DNA of 64,000 bases from assembly GCA_964036045.1 (NCBI GenBank), contig OZ038378.1, positions 1,054,001 to 1,118,000 on the forward strand, read 5' to 3'. The stretch comes from Eutreptiella sp. 'Long Island Sound 2002'. Taxonomy: Eukaryota; Protista; Euglenida. Positions 34,745 through 49,058 of the stretch are shown piece after piece. Below the pieces are notes generated by a model. It did no database searches and was not told the DNA's origin. It was given only the letters and a program-made list of their open reading frames with translations. Numbering within the stretch: position 1 is the first letter of the stretch; the number at the start of each line of letters is the position of its first letter. A program made the position numbers and the translations under genes.

Positions 34745-34855
34745 CCCTCTTGGGGTATGCTACGCGAATGACCCCTCAACGAGGGGTATATGGCGCCCGT
34801 GCCTGCACTTGATCTAACAACCCTCTTCGAAGTGATTTCAGGTCCTCAGAGCAAA
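34745..34855. repeat. Dispersed repeat shared with ~15210-15325
   Basis: TTGGGGTATGCT(A/G)CGCGAATGACCCC...CTTGATCTAACAAC...GTGATTT(C/A)AGGTC at both sites. Confidence 0.75.
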
Positions 34856-37291
34856 AACATGCCTTCAGTCATGGGTGCCCCATTTCCAAACTGACCACCA
34901 GCTCTGTTTTTTGGGGCTCAAACCCCCCGCCCTGGAATTCACAGATGAACTTTCACTTGCCTAGGTATCTCTGCGAACTCATCTGCCTTCTCATTACCAA
35001 GTGTACCCTGATAAGGGGGCGTCTAGAGCCAGTGCAACAGCACTGAACCCAGCTCTATAGCCTCGTACAACATTTCCAAATGTTAAGACTGGACACAGGT
35101 CCACTAGGGTGCACCACCCTTCTTCTTTACAATGGCACATGTCTGCTGTGGCCCATTTGTCTACATATTGTGAATCTATATGACTGTGTTGGGCACTTCT
35201 GCCATGTGCACTCTGCATGGTTGGTTGGTCAGCCTCTGCTAGATTGGCACACACGCCCTCACCTACCATACTCCTGGTAGGCAGAGACCATAGCCTGTCA
35301 CCATGGTGCCTGATGGCGCCATGTCTGTGACTACCCATCACTTGCACGTCATCTCTACTGTGGCTCACATTGCATATTGCAATGCTTCCTGTTTGCAATC
35401 GATATTTTTCTGGGCCTCAGCTGTGGGCTCCAACTCCATGTCTGTGTGCATCATTCACACGCTAGGCAATCTCACCTTAGGCACCTTATATCTCACCTTA
35501 GGCACTATATCTGTGTGTTGCAACAGGAAGGGTGAAGCTCTGAAATTCGAGCAGGCCTACATACCAAAACATAGTGAAGAAAAGGTTTTTCGTTTTACTA
35601 TATACCAAAATGCAAGGAAGAAAACACAAAGGTAATGCTGCCTAGTAAAACTGCAAGGTTGTACAACACCAATAAACATAAATGCATTTCTACCAGGTTT
35701 TACTACGCACCTGCAACGGCAGAGCACAATGCAACCAAACTCAGGCCTCAGGCCTCAGGGCGCCCAGGATGAATGGGAAGACAAGGATGTGTCAACAGGA
35801 ATCCATGAGCTACTGCCATCAAGGACAGCAGCAGCCCTGTGTTGGGACTCCATGCAAGGCAAGCCCAAGGGTATGCATTCAATATGCCGCGAACACCGGC
35901 TGAAAGTCTGACCCATGTTGCACAGAGTGTCTTGTGATGCCTAACCCTCCCTCACCACCTGCCTCCCCAGCCCCTCCCTCCCACCCTCCCTCCCTCCCTC
36001 CCTCCCTCCCTCCCTCCCTCCTCTCTCCCTCCCTGACAGCCTGCCTGCCTGCCTGCTGCTCTGTCCCTGCATGCCTCCCTGCCTCCCACCCTCCCCCATC
36101 GTGCCCTCCCTAGCTCCTTGCATCAGGCTTGCCTTGGAGCACACAAATATCTCACGACTCGCACCACAATCTATTGCATTCAAAAGGATTGAAAGTGCTG
36201 CCGAAACCCACACATACACGGGTGCAGAGCCATGACGTTCCCTGATCCCTCACCATTTTCGGCCTTCGGCATTCGCATACTGAGAGAGTCAATCAGGGGG
36301 ACTTGGCAGACTCACCGGCCAAAAAAAAAAACCAACAACGACACTGCCAAGCGGTGCGGTACAAGGCTGAAAAAAGCCCCAAAAACCCGCGACCAAAATG
36401 GCATGGGGCCAAGCATCATGGTGGAGACGACTAGGCGCACGCCTGTCGACAGCAGCCACAAGGCAGCACCGGTACGCCAGACATCTCAGGTCAGCCCCTC
36501 CCATCTGCCATGCTCCTTCCGGTGAACCTGTATCGGGTGTAATCAGCACAACCACTAATGGCGCCCAGCCCTCCCAACAAAAGACGGAGAAGGGATAGCA
36601 CACTTCACATTCGGCAACAGCTGAATGCCCAACACCATAGCCTATACCCAAACATGGCCAGCTGGGCACAAGCAACCTTACCAGCACCACATGCTTTGAT
36701 GACGCCCAAACACCAGTGTTGTCCCGACACCCCATCCTCTACCCTGTCCAATCCCTTGCGGTGCTTCGACCACACTGTCCCTTTTTCCCGCCGTCAGCTC
36801 ATGACAATCACGGTGATGAGATTGGCAGGTGGTGCACAAATTGTTGAGGACTTTACATTATTGAACTGATCTTTCCAGTCCACCTCGGTCCAACCTTGTC
36901 CATGGCACAAAGCCATTTGTCCAGAGCACTAACAGAGTGCTGTAATATATTTCCCAGGTAACATGCACGTAAACACGTACACACGTACGTACACACATAG
37001 CATCTACTCTTCGAAAAGGAAAAAAAACAGGGGCAGTCGGTGCCCAGATCGGTATTTAAGTACAACGACAATGCTTATATCTCAATTAAATCAGCAGTAT
37101 TTTTAGCATAAACAGGAAGACCTCGTCTGCATGCATCTCATCATCGCAGAGGCCATACATGTGTACTGCTGCTGACCAGCTGTGAGTGCGCCACTTGGCC
37201 CAGCGGGAGAGACGGAAGGGGGGAGGGAATCACCCCAAAGAGGCTCGTATAACTTTATGACACAGCGCCTTCACCCCGACTGCCTCCACCT

Positions 37292-37435
37292 TTACAATCT
37301 GCTGTCCGGCACACCGCAGTGTTGCTTGAGGGCAGCGGCCAGCCGCAACCCGGATTCCCTGCATTGCCCCAGTGCATCCCCGTTGGGCACGTAATTGATG
37401 TTGATGGCATCAGCGACCACTTTGATGCCGATATC
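37292..37435 (-). CDS. fprA: Flavodiiron protein exon 10 (terminal)
   Basis: cag|[50 protein letters not shown]; fits the flavodoxin C-terminal strand and helix. Confidence 0.9.
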   Translation of the reverse strand, partial: DIGIKVVADAININYVPNGDALGQCRESGLRLAAALKQHCGVPDSRL

Positions 37436-38576
37436 CTGCCAACAGATGCACACAGCAAAGGAGTGTATCTGGAGGATGGACCGGGCGGACTGCCATAGTC
37501 AGTCCATTGCCAATTGTGTCGGAGCTTGGGCCGACAGCAAGAACGACTGCAAATGACACCCTCATGACAATGCGCATGGGTGAAATGGTATGGAGAATGC
37601 GGGGTCCCCTAGGCAGGAAAAACTGCGGGGGCCTGTTACGCCCAGAGATCATCGACTGCTGACACTTACCCTGCAACGCAAACACACAAGCACACACGGA
37701 CAACACAGCACAAATTCAGGTCTGTACACCAGCTCACCCACTGGTCAAAAGGGAAATCATCACACACAGGGTCAGGGTGGTTTTGGGCTAGTTACACTGA
37801 AAGAGGCTTCTGCTTCGGTCCAAACCCGGCATCAGAGGTTTGGTAGCACAAATCAGGGTCACTGCCGACACACTGACAGTTGGCAAGCACTCCCGGCCAC
37901 AGGTGTGTCCAATGGTGATGGCTGGTTACGCCTTCGATTGTTTTTTGGGTGAGCAGGGGGGTCAAGAGGTGAAGTCATGCCCCTAAAATGAAAAGAGGTC
38001 GGAAAATAGGAGAAATGGGACTATGGGGTACTTGGAGCCAAATACCGGTACAGGCAAAAGAAGTCCACCTAGTTTTATTGGCGAATCCCAGCCAAGCTTT
38101 TCAACCGGCCAAATGCTAGCCCGTTTGCACAAGCAAATGCCGCTGTGGACACGGGCCCGGTTTTATAAGCACCTAAGCACCTTAGGGAGGACTTGGGACC
38201 CGTATTGCCAGACCGGATCACCAACAATATGCAAAGCTTTTTGGCCGGGCCTGTTTGTATCGGCAAATTTTGGCGTGAATGCGAGCATGTTTGTATCGGC
38301 AAATGCCGGCCTAAACGTTTGTAAAGGTTCTGCCCGGCCTGGCCTTGCTCCGACCATCAGGCACTAAGGCTAGCCAAACGCCAGCTTGTTTGGGTCAATC
38401 TGAGCCCACATGTACCGTGGTCTGGTGAAGAAGCGGATGATGGAGATATGCTGAGTGCCGATGCAATCCAAAGAAACCTGTCCCCTTCCCCGAACCACAA
38501 AAAACAGCCCAGGGAGGAGCCTGTGCACTACTGTTGCCACAGCCTAATATAGCGTGTGCACGGTGCAACCACCCCG

Positions 38577-38626
<50 letters not shown>

Positions 38627-41600
38627 CAGGACAGGGGGGACAGAGAGAGAGAGAGAGAGAGAGAGAGGGTGCGGGCAGTTCGTAGAAAAGAGCTATGCCT
38701 TGGCGATGTTATGCAGCAGGGTTATGTCTGCGCACCAGGCGGGGGCGTATCCTTCCAGTTGGAACAGCCAGGGTATTTCCCTATCCATGTAACGGGGCCC
38801 ATTGCATACCGCATTGGCGGTGAACCAATGCAGCAATTTGGCAGCCGTCCGTCGTGGTTGATGTTGTACACCGCGCGCACAGTGTTTTCCGACCACCACG
38901 GGAGGCGGCATATACCCGGCGCACTGCTTTGTGCAACGCCCGCATCACGGTCATACACTCATAACCTGAGAGCATCGCAAGCGGGGCCCATGCCACCGCA
39001 GACAACACCTGAGACGCCCATGTCACCTGCCAGGGCAGAGTGCCCTTCAGGCTACTAATTAGTATACAAGGAAGATACTATTGGGTTGCGCGGGAGGGGC
39101 TGCTCAGTGGTTTCCCGCAACGGAGGTCTCAGGCGTCGGTCAAGGCAGAGGGGTGTGGTGATGCATAGTTGTGTCCGCCCCCCACACTCATACCCCCAAC
39201 ACTCGGCGAATCTGGCTCAGGCACCCACCCACGCACTTGCTGTCCCCTGCGTCCACACATTCAAACAGGTCCTCCAGGTCCTAGATCTGGAGCAACGGGT
39301 CACCAACCTCCTGTACTAGGGTGGTGTGTGTACTTGGTGGTATGTCGCTGGCGAGAAGGACATTATCCTGAAATTGCGCGAAGCCAAACCACATTGTGCC
39401 CCTGGTCCAATACACATATCCGACGTCGGAAAGCACTATTGTTCCCAGTCCCTCAGCCGCTTTCCCCCGGTCTTGACCCCCCACACCGATTGCAAGTCTG
39501 CACTCAGGGTAGAGAATGGTCCGCCCATCTGGATGCTGAGCTCGCTGCTCCACAGTTCTCCCACGGCCTGCAACACATTGTTGCTCAAGAGCTCAAATTT
39601 AAGAAATTGTGTGAGGCGGTCATGCGACGGCACCCAAAATTTTTCACGGGTTGTGGCCCCTGCCCAGTCCAACTTTGGTGTGTCCCACTGAATCGACCAC
39701 TGGAGCTCATGTTTTGCGCCGGCAGCGCTTCTAGTATAGCCACTGGGATGCCTTGGGGAAAGCATGTATCACACTGAGCGGTCTGATATTGCCGAATTGT
39801 TTTTTACAGTCAACCACCGTGAGCGAGCAAGCGCCTTTTGCTGCCACCAAACGGAGCCCCCCTGCCACGTTCAAGATATCTTTGTACTGAAAATTGTGCG
39901 TAAATTTTGTTTAAAGCATTCTTAATATGCAGGTGAAGGTTCGTGCTCCTAATCAGAGTTGGCGCCGTCGCAAGATTGGTGCAGGGTAGGCGGATATACC
40001 CTGAAAAACCCATTTCTATGTCCTCCTAGATTTGGCTTTGGCAAGTACGTACACAACACAGAGTTTGCCCTGCGTGTCGCATTCCAACTCCATATCCTGT
40101 ATGGCTTTCTCGATTGCAGTAGCTCACTCAGCTCGTGGCCACCCTGTCTTTGTAAACTTTTTGGCAATCATGAATTCGGTCACCTTCTCCTAGATCCACA
40201 CAAAGCAGAACCCCTAGAGCTCCCCGACACTTTGTCAACAATGCGGATGTATTGGTAGGAAGCAAGGAAGGCAGGTGTTGTAGTAGCCTGGATAGCACCC
40301 CGGATTCGAGGAAGAGGGTGTGTGGCAACAGGTCATACAAAAGACTTGTCATTACAAACTCTACGTAGAGCCCTTCGGTGTTGTGGTCTCAAAGCCTATG
40401 AGCGCTAGGCAATTCAACACACCGTGCAAGTTGTCCGTTCAAACCCCCACACCGTGTGCTCCGTTTTTCAGTCAAAAGCCATGGCCCAGTCCAAGCTACT
40501 ATCCAAGCCCCCTTGTGGCCGTTGTGAATTCAGCACACATGCACCAAAATACGGGGAGGTGTTGGAGGCAGACGGACACGTGGCTGTGGTGCCAGTTTCA
40601 CTAAATGTGGGTGGGCACGGGGGTTTGCGTCCAAACGACCTGGTACCGGTACCAGGTGGTGTAGCCAGGGATAAGGCCGCATCGGGAACACAGACATTTT
40701 GCACCCACTTGAACATCCCTGTACCCCCCCTTGACGTTGTTGGTAGGTTTGGGGCGACCACAGTCCTGGCGACAAGAAAAGGAAGGCCAACTTTACAGGC
40801 GGTGTCACGCAACACCGCCTGTAATGCTTTGAACCGTGTGCATCCTTGAGCTATCGTGCCCGGCGTAACTCGTGTAACACGTGTAGGATTTTGGTGTTGA
40901 TGTATGCTCGCTTTTTGTTTGGTGTGTCATTTTTGGATATGCCGGGGGGTATGTCGTTAACTCTCCACTTGTGAAGATCGGACCGCCCTTACACACACAT
41001 GCGTGCACGCACACACACCAACCCCCCCTACATACGATCAACGGGACAAAACGGGCAGCAGGAATGCCTAAGTGCACAAATCTCGTCACGTGCGGCGTCA
41101 AAACATGGTGTCAAAACACGGCACTGGGTACCTTTCTAGATGAAGTAGCTGAGGGGTCAGCAACTCAGCAACTCTAGCGTGTGCCGGCAGGGAGAGCCCT
41201 TGGTGCACCACCTGATGAGCGCACTGAGCCTCCGGTGCCTCCCTTTCCCCAGCACAGCTCCCTCATCAAAAGGACTAGATGAACAGACAACCACAGTGAA
41301 TCTTGTGGTGAGATGCAACAAGGGGGAAAGCAGCAAAGAAGATATGGACCAGATTCATCCTGTGACTTGGCGCTTGCCGACCCGGGACTGGGGCGATACA
41401 CACACATAGGCACTGTGTGTGCGTATCTTGTGTCATGCCTCATAGCCAACCGCCCGCAAGCACTCAATCTCCAAATCCCAAACCCCCGTCACTCCCAGGG
41501 ACCCCCAATCACCAGCTAGGCGCCATCCCAGTACGCATATTTCTCCAACCACCAAACTAAGTGCCGCACCACAGTCCCCCTAGAGCATGGTAGTGCACAG

Positions 41601-42291
41601 GAGAGGTGGTAAGTTGCTTTAATGGTCGCTTGAATGTCTTGCATGTACCATACACCCCGTGCACCCCTTTTTGCATAGAGCGCATCGCCTACGACCGACT
41701 ATACTCGGAGAAAACAACCACTTGGAGCCAAGTGATGGCGCCCATGATCTGCCTGCCCCCACGTCCTAGCAAACGGAAGGGATTTTTTCACCACACCGGT
41801 AAAAACACCCGCAAAATACCCTCGGTACCGAGAATGTTGACTCAACAGCGGGGGACCCAAGCAAAGGCGATAGCTCCACAAGGGTTGACAGCTCAACAAA
41901 TGCAACAAATGCAGCCCCCCTCCCTTGCGGATCCCGAACAATGACGTTACCCATGACCTTGCACACAAGACAACAACACCCCCCCTTGCACCGTGTGTGT
42001 GAGCCCGTGATGCCCTCACAGGTCACCGGCAAGCCCCAAGCTCCCTCGGGAACCCCCCTAAACCAACTCCATGACTTGCGCCCTCTCATGTGGCTGTACA
42101 ACCGTGGGCACGACAATGTTGTCGCGGAACTAGCAAAGGGCCCCTGTCCACTGACCCACATAGTATGCAAAACTGGCGCCCGAAACAACCAAAGTCCCTA
42201 GGCACCTAAAAAGGTGCCAATCTTGTATGCGACCAGATGCAATGTAACTCGGCAAACTAGGCACTAAACGGACCCCCATGGGCATGCCCCC

Positions 42292-42347
<56 letters not shown>

Positions 42348-45300
42348 ATGGCGCAACCCGCGTGCCAACGATGGCTGATCCGGACCACCCTAGAAAAGAG
42401 CTGTGTACCCGCCAGCCTACAGCAGTAGATTTGGTCCGCCCTTGACAGAAATTAACGGGGCCATGACCTCATCTACATTTCAGTGCCCGTGGCACACTAC
42501 ACAAATGAACACACAAAACAAAGCCAAAGTGCCTGGACATGCTGTCCCTCGAGAGGGATACCGAGGTGTTGATGGGAGCCCTAGCCCCTGCAACACGCGT
42601 CCGGGGCCCACACGTGTGCCTCAGGCTGCTGCACTTGGGGGCACAGCGCGCCTGAGGCCCCCCAACTGCGGCGCCATCTGTGCCTCAGGTACGGCCCCCC
42701 TCCAGCCCACATGCCGCCCCACTCTGGCCCATACTGTGCCTCAGGCACCGCTACACTGCAGCCCAGACCACAAAGGGAGGGGGCCGCTTCTGTGGGTTGT
42801 AGATGCCAGCCGGCTACAAGTACACGCGGTCTGCTCATTGCCACTGCTGGCACGTTGCACGAGAGACTGCTGAACGGTGCGGGGCGAAGCCGTAGGAGGG
42901 GGGCAGGGGTGGGGTGGGGGGCGGCCTGCATACTCCCTCCGCACGCCCCCCCTCCCCTTCCCCCCACACCAGTGTGCGAGGGCGGCACGCAGCACCACCC
43001 CCCACACACCGCTGCGGAGTCGATCGCCGGGGCCATACCTTCAGCTGCTGCTCCAGCTGCTTCGTCGCACCCCCGCCCCATCCGTAGCTCCCAAACGCGG
43101 CCCCAATCTTCTTCTTTGGCTTCAGCCCCTTGACGTACTGCAATTTATCAGCGATGGTGGGCAGCAGACCTGCACAGGCGTGGGGCAGATGGCGTGGGGC
43201 AGTGGGGCGAGTGCGTGTGTCCCTGCAAAGCGTTCTGTGCCTGCTGGCGTGCACCGCCCCGGGGCCCTGGTGTCCAGTAAGGACAGCACCCGATGCTGGC
43301 GGTTACCGGCCGAGGCAACCGCGTCTGGTGACGTCCGACAATCTGGTAACGTAAGTCAGGTGCCGCGGTGCAGGAAGGCGGGAAAACGCAAGTCGACAAC
43401 CTTGCGTGTCCTCCCTTTAGGAAATGAGGACATCACTGTCTTGCAGAGAATTCACGTGCGAGTCCTCATTTGGTCTCCTCTTTGTAGTGCTGCGTTGGTG
43501 TTGGGTTTTGTTCAGGCTGGGAAACAGGGGGGGCCGTGAGAGTTGGTTTGGGCCCCAGCCAAGCCAGGGGGGGTCTGTACAATGGGGGGGTGGAGGTTAC
43601 CCGCGTTGGAGGGATAACTGTGGGTGGCCTGGGGGAAAAAAAAAGGCAGTCCAGCAGGCTGTGTGTGTGGAGGCACGGACAAGGCCACCTTCAGGTCCCC
43701 CTCCCACACATAAGTAGGGGGTAGGGGTCGCACAACGTCGCAGTAAATGTGCTGTACTCCGGGGTGCTGCCAGCTGGGGAGGCGGGGGCGTGGGGGCTTT
43801 GCCATGGAGGCCAGGGCTTCTTTTGAGCAGGGGGGGAGGAGGGGGGGAGGGGGTTTTGGACCCAAAACTTGGTGTACCAAAAATGGCCTGACCAGATTTT
43901 CCCTATTGCAAATTTCTTTTTTTCCCACTATGGTCACTTTGGTCTGGGGAGGGGGGGAGGGGGTTTTGGGGGAGGCCCCCCCCCCCCTTTATTTTTAATT
44001 ATTCTAAAGAAGCCCAGATGGAGGCTGAGTGACTGCGCCGTTGATGCTACCAGGTGTACGCACTGGCTTGAGTGTTCAGGAGGGAATTGTGCACATTGTT
44101 TGCCCCAAGCCACCGGGAGAAATGTATTTTTGGTACGAGAGAGTGGGACAGCCGTCCCTCTGCTCACAAGCGCTGCTTCTGCCCTTCGGCGTCCCTCCCA
44201 CGCCGGCGCCGGCCATGCCGCACATGCAGTCATCCCCAAGACCGTGAAATCTGGAGGGTGCTCACCATCACCGATGTGGGGCGTGAGGGGGGGGGGGGGG
44301 GCTCTTGGCTGAGGGTGGAGGGTGTAGGGCGGAGTGACCACCACGTCGATCGCCATACACGCAAGGCTTGGCAGAATGCATGCACAAAACAGGCCAGCAT
44401 TCCCGTTCTCCGTCGTCCCCCGAAGCCGATCGTCAGCACATGCGACGCTTCGCCCACGTCGGGCATCGGGTTCGGCGCTGGACTGTTGGTCATTGGTCGT
44501 CACGGTGGCCGTGAAACTTCAACGACTTCGAGTTGCCCGCCGGGGCTGTCGGTTCTGGAACACCCGCTTTCGGTCAACACCCCCTCTTGCCACTACCCAA
44601 TTTGACAGCCCTGATCGTGACCAACTGCCCTGCTACACCAGGGAAGCGGCGGTTGGTGCGCTGGCGGTTGGCGGCGGTTGGTGGCTGGCGGTTGGTGGCG
44701 GTTGGTGGTTGGCGGCTGGTGGCTGGCGGTTGGTGGTTGGCGGTTGGTTGCGGTTGGCGGTTGATGGGAGTTGGCGGTTGGCGGTTGGTGGTCCCTTGGG
44801 GCGGTCCTTAAGGGCGGTCCTTAGCAAAACAAAAAAAAAAACCTGGTCCCTTCAGGACCGCCCTGGGGAAGCCCTCAAGGCAACAACGACCAAAGGAAAT
44901 CTCGCGGATTTACCATTGACACGGAGCGAGCAGACCAGGCCCTACACGGGGCAGGGTTTGAACCAGCAGCCATACCGCGGTTCAGCGTCGAAGATCCGAC
45001 CACAAAGGCGCCAGCCGTCAGCAGCTCTGCAATGACATCCGACCGGTAGTTCTCGCGGGCGCGCATGAGCCTCACCTCAACGCCCCCCTGGGCCATCCCG
45101 TCGGCAATGGCCCTGGCCATCTTGTCCACGCTCCCCCACATCGTGTCGTACAGGACGACAGCCTTCAGAGTTGGCTTCTGCGCAGACCTTGGAAATGCAA
45201 CGACACCACTCGGGGCAGGGTATTTGGTAAAACTGAGTACCAGACGAGGTAAAACTGAGTAAAATGTGGTAAAACTGAGTAGATTTGAGGTAAAACCAAG

Positions 45301-47544
45301 TAAAAAAATTTTTTTTAAAAAAAAGTTTTTTACTCAGTTTTACCACGGACCCCTCGGGGCATGCTACGAAGGGCAAAGGATACCCAACCCCAGCACAACC
45401 ACATGCACAATTTCGGCGCAACTTGTGAAAACGGCCATGAAACGCGATGAAACGCTTGTGAAACGCTATGAAACGCCCTGGAAACGCGATGAAACGCCAA
45501 TGACACGCTATGAAATGCCCATCATCAGACGTTTCGACCGCTTTGCTTCACTGGGGTTCTGTCTTTGTGGGGGAAGTTTCCTGCCTCGCCATAAAGTGCA
45601 GGCTGCCCTGCCTTGCCCGGCGTGCATCATCACCGGTGGAGGGCACCCTCGCGCCCACACCGGGCTGGAGTGGAACGAAAAGCGAGGCCTGCTGGCACCC
45701 GCAATGTGGTGGACGCCAGGGGGGCAGAATGCAGCGCAGCGTGAACGCTGTGATAGTACCTTCCCTGAGAGAGAGGACAATGCGGTAGCCGACGGCGGTT
45801 GGAGGGTGACTGAAGGCGGTTGGACGGTAGCCGAAGGCGGTTGGAGGGCAACCGACAGCGGTTGAGTCACTCCAGCTCCTGTTGTCGCTTTCTTGGCATG
45901 CTCCCAGTTTGCCCATGTCTCGGGTATGTGGGTTTGCTGTGTGAGACTGAGAATGTCCATTCCCATGGGGGGTGTGGCTGTCTGTAGAGCCATTGGCACC
46001 ACCTCAGAGGCGTTGGCTGCACCGGGAGGAGGATCTGCATCGCCCCTGACAATGTACTACAGTGGACACATGAAACCCCCTTTTTGCACGTCTGCAGTGG
46101 CACTCGGCGCATTCGTTCGTGTGGTATCACATCTTTTGCATTCGAACGCGGATGACGCCGGCCCACGGCCAACCAGAGGTGTGCCTCGTCTACAGCAACG
46201 GGGAAAGCAACCCCCAAACGTCTCTTCCCTCAACGACCGGCTGTTGGCAGTGGTGGCGTGGGCATTCGTCATAGCAGGGGCTGAGTTGGCGGTTGCTTTG
46301 GGATGGAGGGGACCTGCGGGGGCAGTGGCGGAGGCACACTGCGGTGGGAGTGCAAGGGCTGGGGGAGTATGGAACGGGCCGGTGGCTGCTGCACCCAACT
46401 CCAGGCACAGAACAGAGGCGCATACCACTGCAGATACTTGTCCATAATCCACTCCCGGTTGGTGCGCCACATCGGGCCATGGGACGGCACTATCATTTTG
46501 ACGTCGGGCAGCAGGGACTTCAGCTTCGTGGTCGCCTTCGTCATGATGTGGGCGAAGGGCAACAGAATGTTCGCGTAGTACGCGGCGGCGGCCCTGAGGA
46601 CGGTCACGCGGCGTGTGGCAACGCACCGCAACAGCGCGTGGCATGCGCGCCGCCCACGCCCATATCCGTACCCCCACAGGCCACGGCTTACCGTTCCCGG
46701 AGGGGGGGGGGGGGGGCACGGGGGGGCAACTACAATCGGTCCGGATGCGACCCACCCCCCAGCTATCTGTCAAAACTTGCGGGGGGGGGGGGGGGGGGGG
46801 CAGTTGGGGCGCCGGGGGGGGGGGGGGGGGTCGGCGGGAGGGCGGCGGGGGGGGGGGGGGGGATTGGCAGCTCAGCCGGGGGGAGGGGCTGCGTGCGACC
46901 CACTACTACCACATGCATACCTCTAGGGTGTGTGTGTGTGTCTGGGGCCATGGGGATGTAGAGGTAAGTATGCGATAATAGCGATATCTTGTCTTTGCCA
47001 GGAAGAAAGTCTTAAGGGTCTTAAGGACTAAAGGCATAGTACCCCCTTCAACTAAGCATGGGACAAAAAATTTGGCGCCGTTGGGACCATGGCCCCCGCA
47101 CCACTATCTTTCAAAACTCTGGGGCTGGGGGGGGCAGGGGGGAGGGTGGGCTGGTGGGGGTCGCATACAAGGACCGGGCCCGGCCGCCCCCCCCAGGGGG
47201 GGGGGGGGCGGAATGGCAGCCTGGGCTCCTCCACCTGACCCACCCACCCACCCACATCAGAATCTCACACTCACTGCCTGTTGCCTGGCAGAATGATGAC
47301 TCATGAGACGGAAAAAAATCCAGTGCTCGAAACGCGTCAAATCATGAAACAAGAAATGCCCTGAAGGGGCCAAACTGCCCCAACAAGTCGTGACACGCAC
47401 ATTGGCCATCCGCCCGCGGCGGTGCAGACACGGCACACGGACATACCGCTCCAGGTCGTGCAATGGCAGTTCATCATCAAAGCGCTGACTTGTTGCAATG
47501 TGCAGTCTGCAGAGACAAAGAAGGTACCACTGGAGTGAGCGCCC

Positions 47545-47583
<39 letters not shown>

Positions 47584-49021
47584 TGAGTGAGTGAGTGAGT
47601 GAGTGAGTGAGTGAGTGAGTGAGTGAGTGAGTGAGTGAGTGAGTGAGTGAGTGAGTGAGTGAGTGAGTGAGTGAGTGAGTGAGTGAGTGAGTGAGTGAGT
47701 GAGCGAGCGAAGGAAGGAAAGAGGGGCTGGCACGCGTCCTCATTTGTGCGGACAAACCCTGAGAGCCTGTGGGCACAAGCCCACTGTCAGTCGGGTACGG
47801 ATCAGGCCATTGCTGATGGGCCCGCACCGTTTGGGTTTGGGGGTGTGGGCCCCGGCCAGGCCCGGCTGCCCCACCCATCCACCTTCCCACCCGGACCCAG
47901 GGGGGGGGTTTGGTTTGGTTTGGATCTCGGCTCGCGCCAAAGGTGGTGACCCACGGCCAGTGTGCCCGTACCTCACCGGCTCGACTGGGCACCCCCCCTG
48001 GTTGTCTGGTCTCACAGCCGCCCAGACTGCTGACGATCCCTGTACCACGTCAAGGCGCTGACGAGAGGGAGACACCGCCGTGCCTGTATGTGTAGGCGCG
48101 CGTGCCGGGGGGGGGGTTTGGTTTGGTTTGGGTGCCGGGGGGGGGGGGGGGGCGGGTCGGGCTGGGGGGGGGGGACGTCGGGTCACACCACGGGTTGGTG
48201 CCTGGCCCTTCTGTACCACTCACGGTCGGTCGGTCCCGGGCGCCGGTGCCGCTGGTCGCTGGCGCTGCCTCACCCCCTGGCAGTAGTCGGTGGGCAGGCA
48301 GGGGGGGGGGGGACGTCGGGTCACACCATGGTTCGGTGCCTGGCCCTTCCGCTCCTCGCTCGGCTGGGCGGTGTCGGTCGTTCGCGCCTGTCGTTGACCC
48401 GACCTGACCCAGGGGGGGGGGGGGTTCCAGTCGGGTGCTGTGGTTTCCAACCCAAGGGTGCGCTCCAACTGCTCTTGCTTCGGCTCTTTGCGGATTCGGT
48501 GTCCCGCATGATCAAACTTTGTCATGGTGCCAGAGAACAAGGGTGAAGCACCCACGGCATTCCTCAGCTCAGTACATATGCAGGGCCACGGGACACCCAT
48601 TGGGGACCATAATACTCCTTTACCACCTGCAATTTCCCCAACTTGCACACCAGCCTTCGCAGAAGCGAGCTCGATCGAGGAGAGGGAGGGAGGGAGGGAG
48701 GGAGGGCTAGGCCTGAGATGATTGCCCGAGCAGAGAGGCACAGACCCGAAGCCGTCTTGCGAGAACAACACCCCATCGCAGCGCAGAATGCCCATCATAC
48801 TGTCGGGCCAGTGCACCATGGCTGTGTGCAGGAACTCAAGCTGCATGTTGCCTGCAAAGGAGAGGCAGGTCGTGGAGCGGGACTGGCGGGGGTGGTGGCC
48901 AACAGGAAGAGCCAGAAACCGGCCAAGCAGGGGCCGCACAGCCGTAGAAGATGGTGCTCGGCAGACTCACGTATTGGAAGAGAGGAGGGGCCATGATGAC
49001 CAGCTGACTAGGGCTGGAGGG

Positions 49022-49058
<37 letters not shown>

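Noticed and set aside
27850-36900. Many 60-260 aa ORFs in this interval
   Set aside because: GC-rich, overlapping on both strands and without recognisable motifs or consistent splice patterns; likely decayed repeats. Small true exons could have been missed.
42420-42500. Alternative last fprA exon ([15 protein letters not shown])
   Set aside because: No in-phase AG acceptor and stops in frame; 37435-37292 fits much better.
48220-48745. Remainder of the 239-aa ORF after SQDGFG
   Set aside because: It lies past a GT donor in fprA intron 5, crosses (CCCT)n and repeat DNA, and has no recognisable motif.
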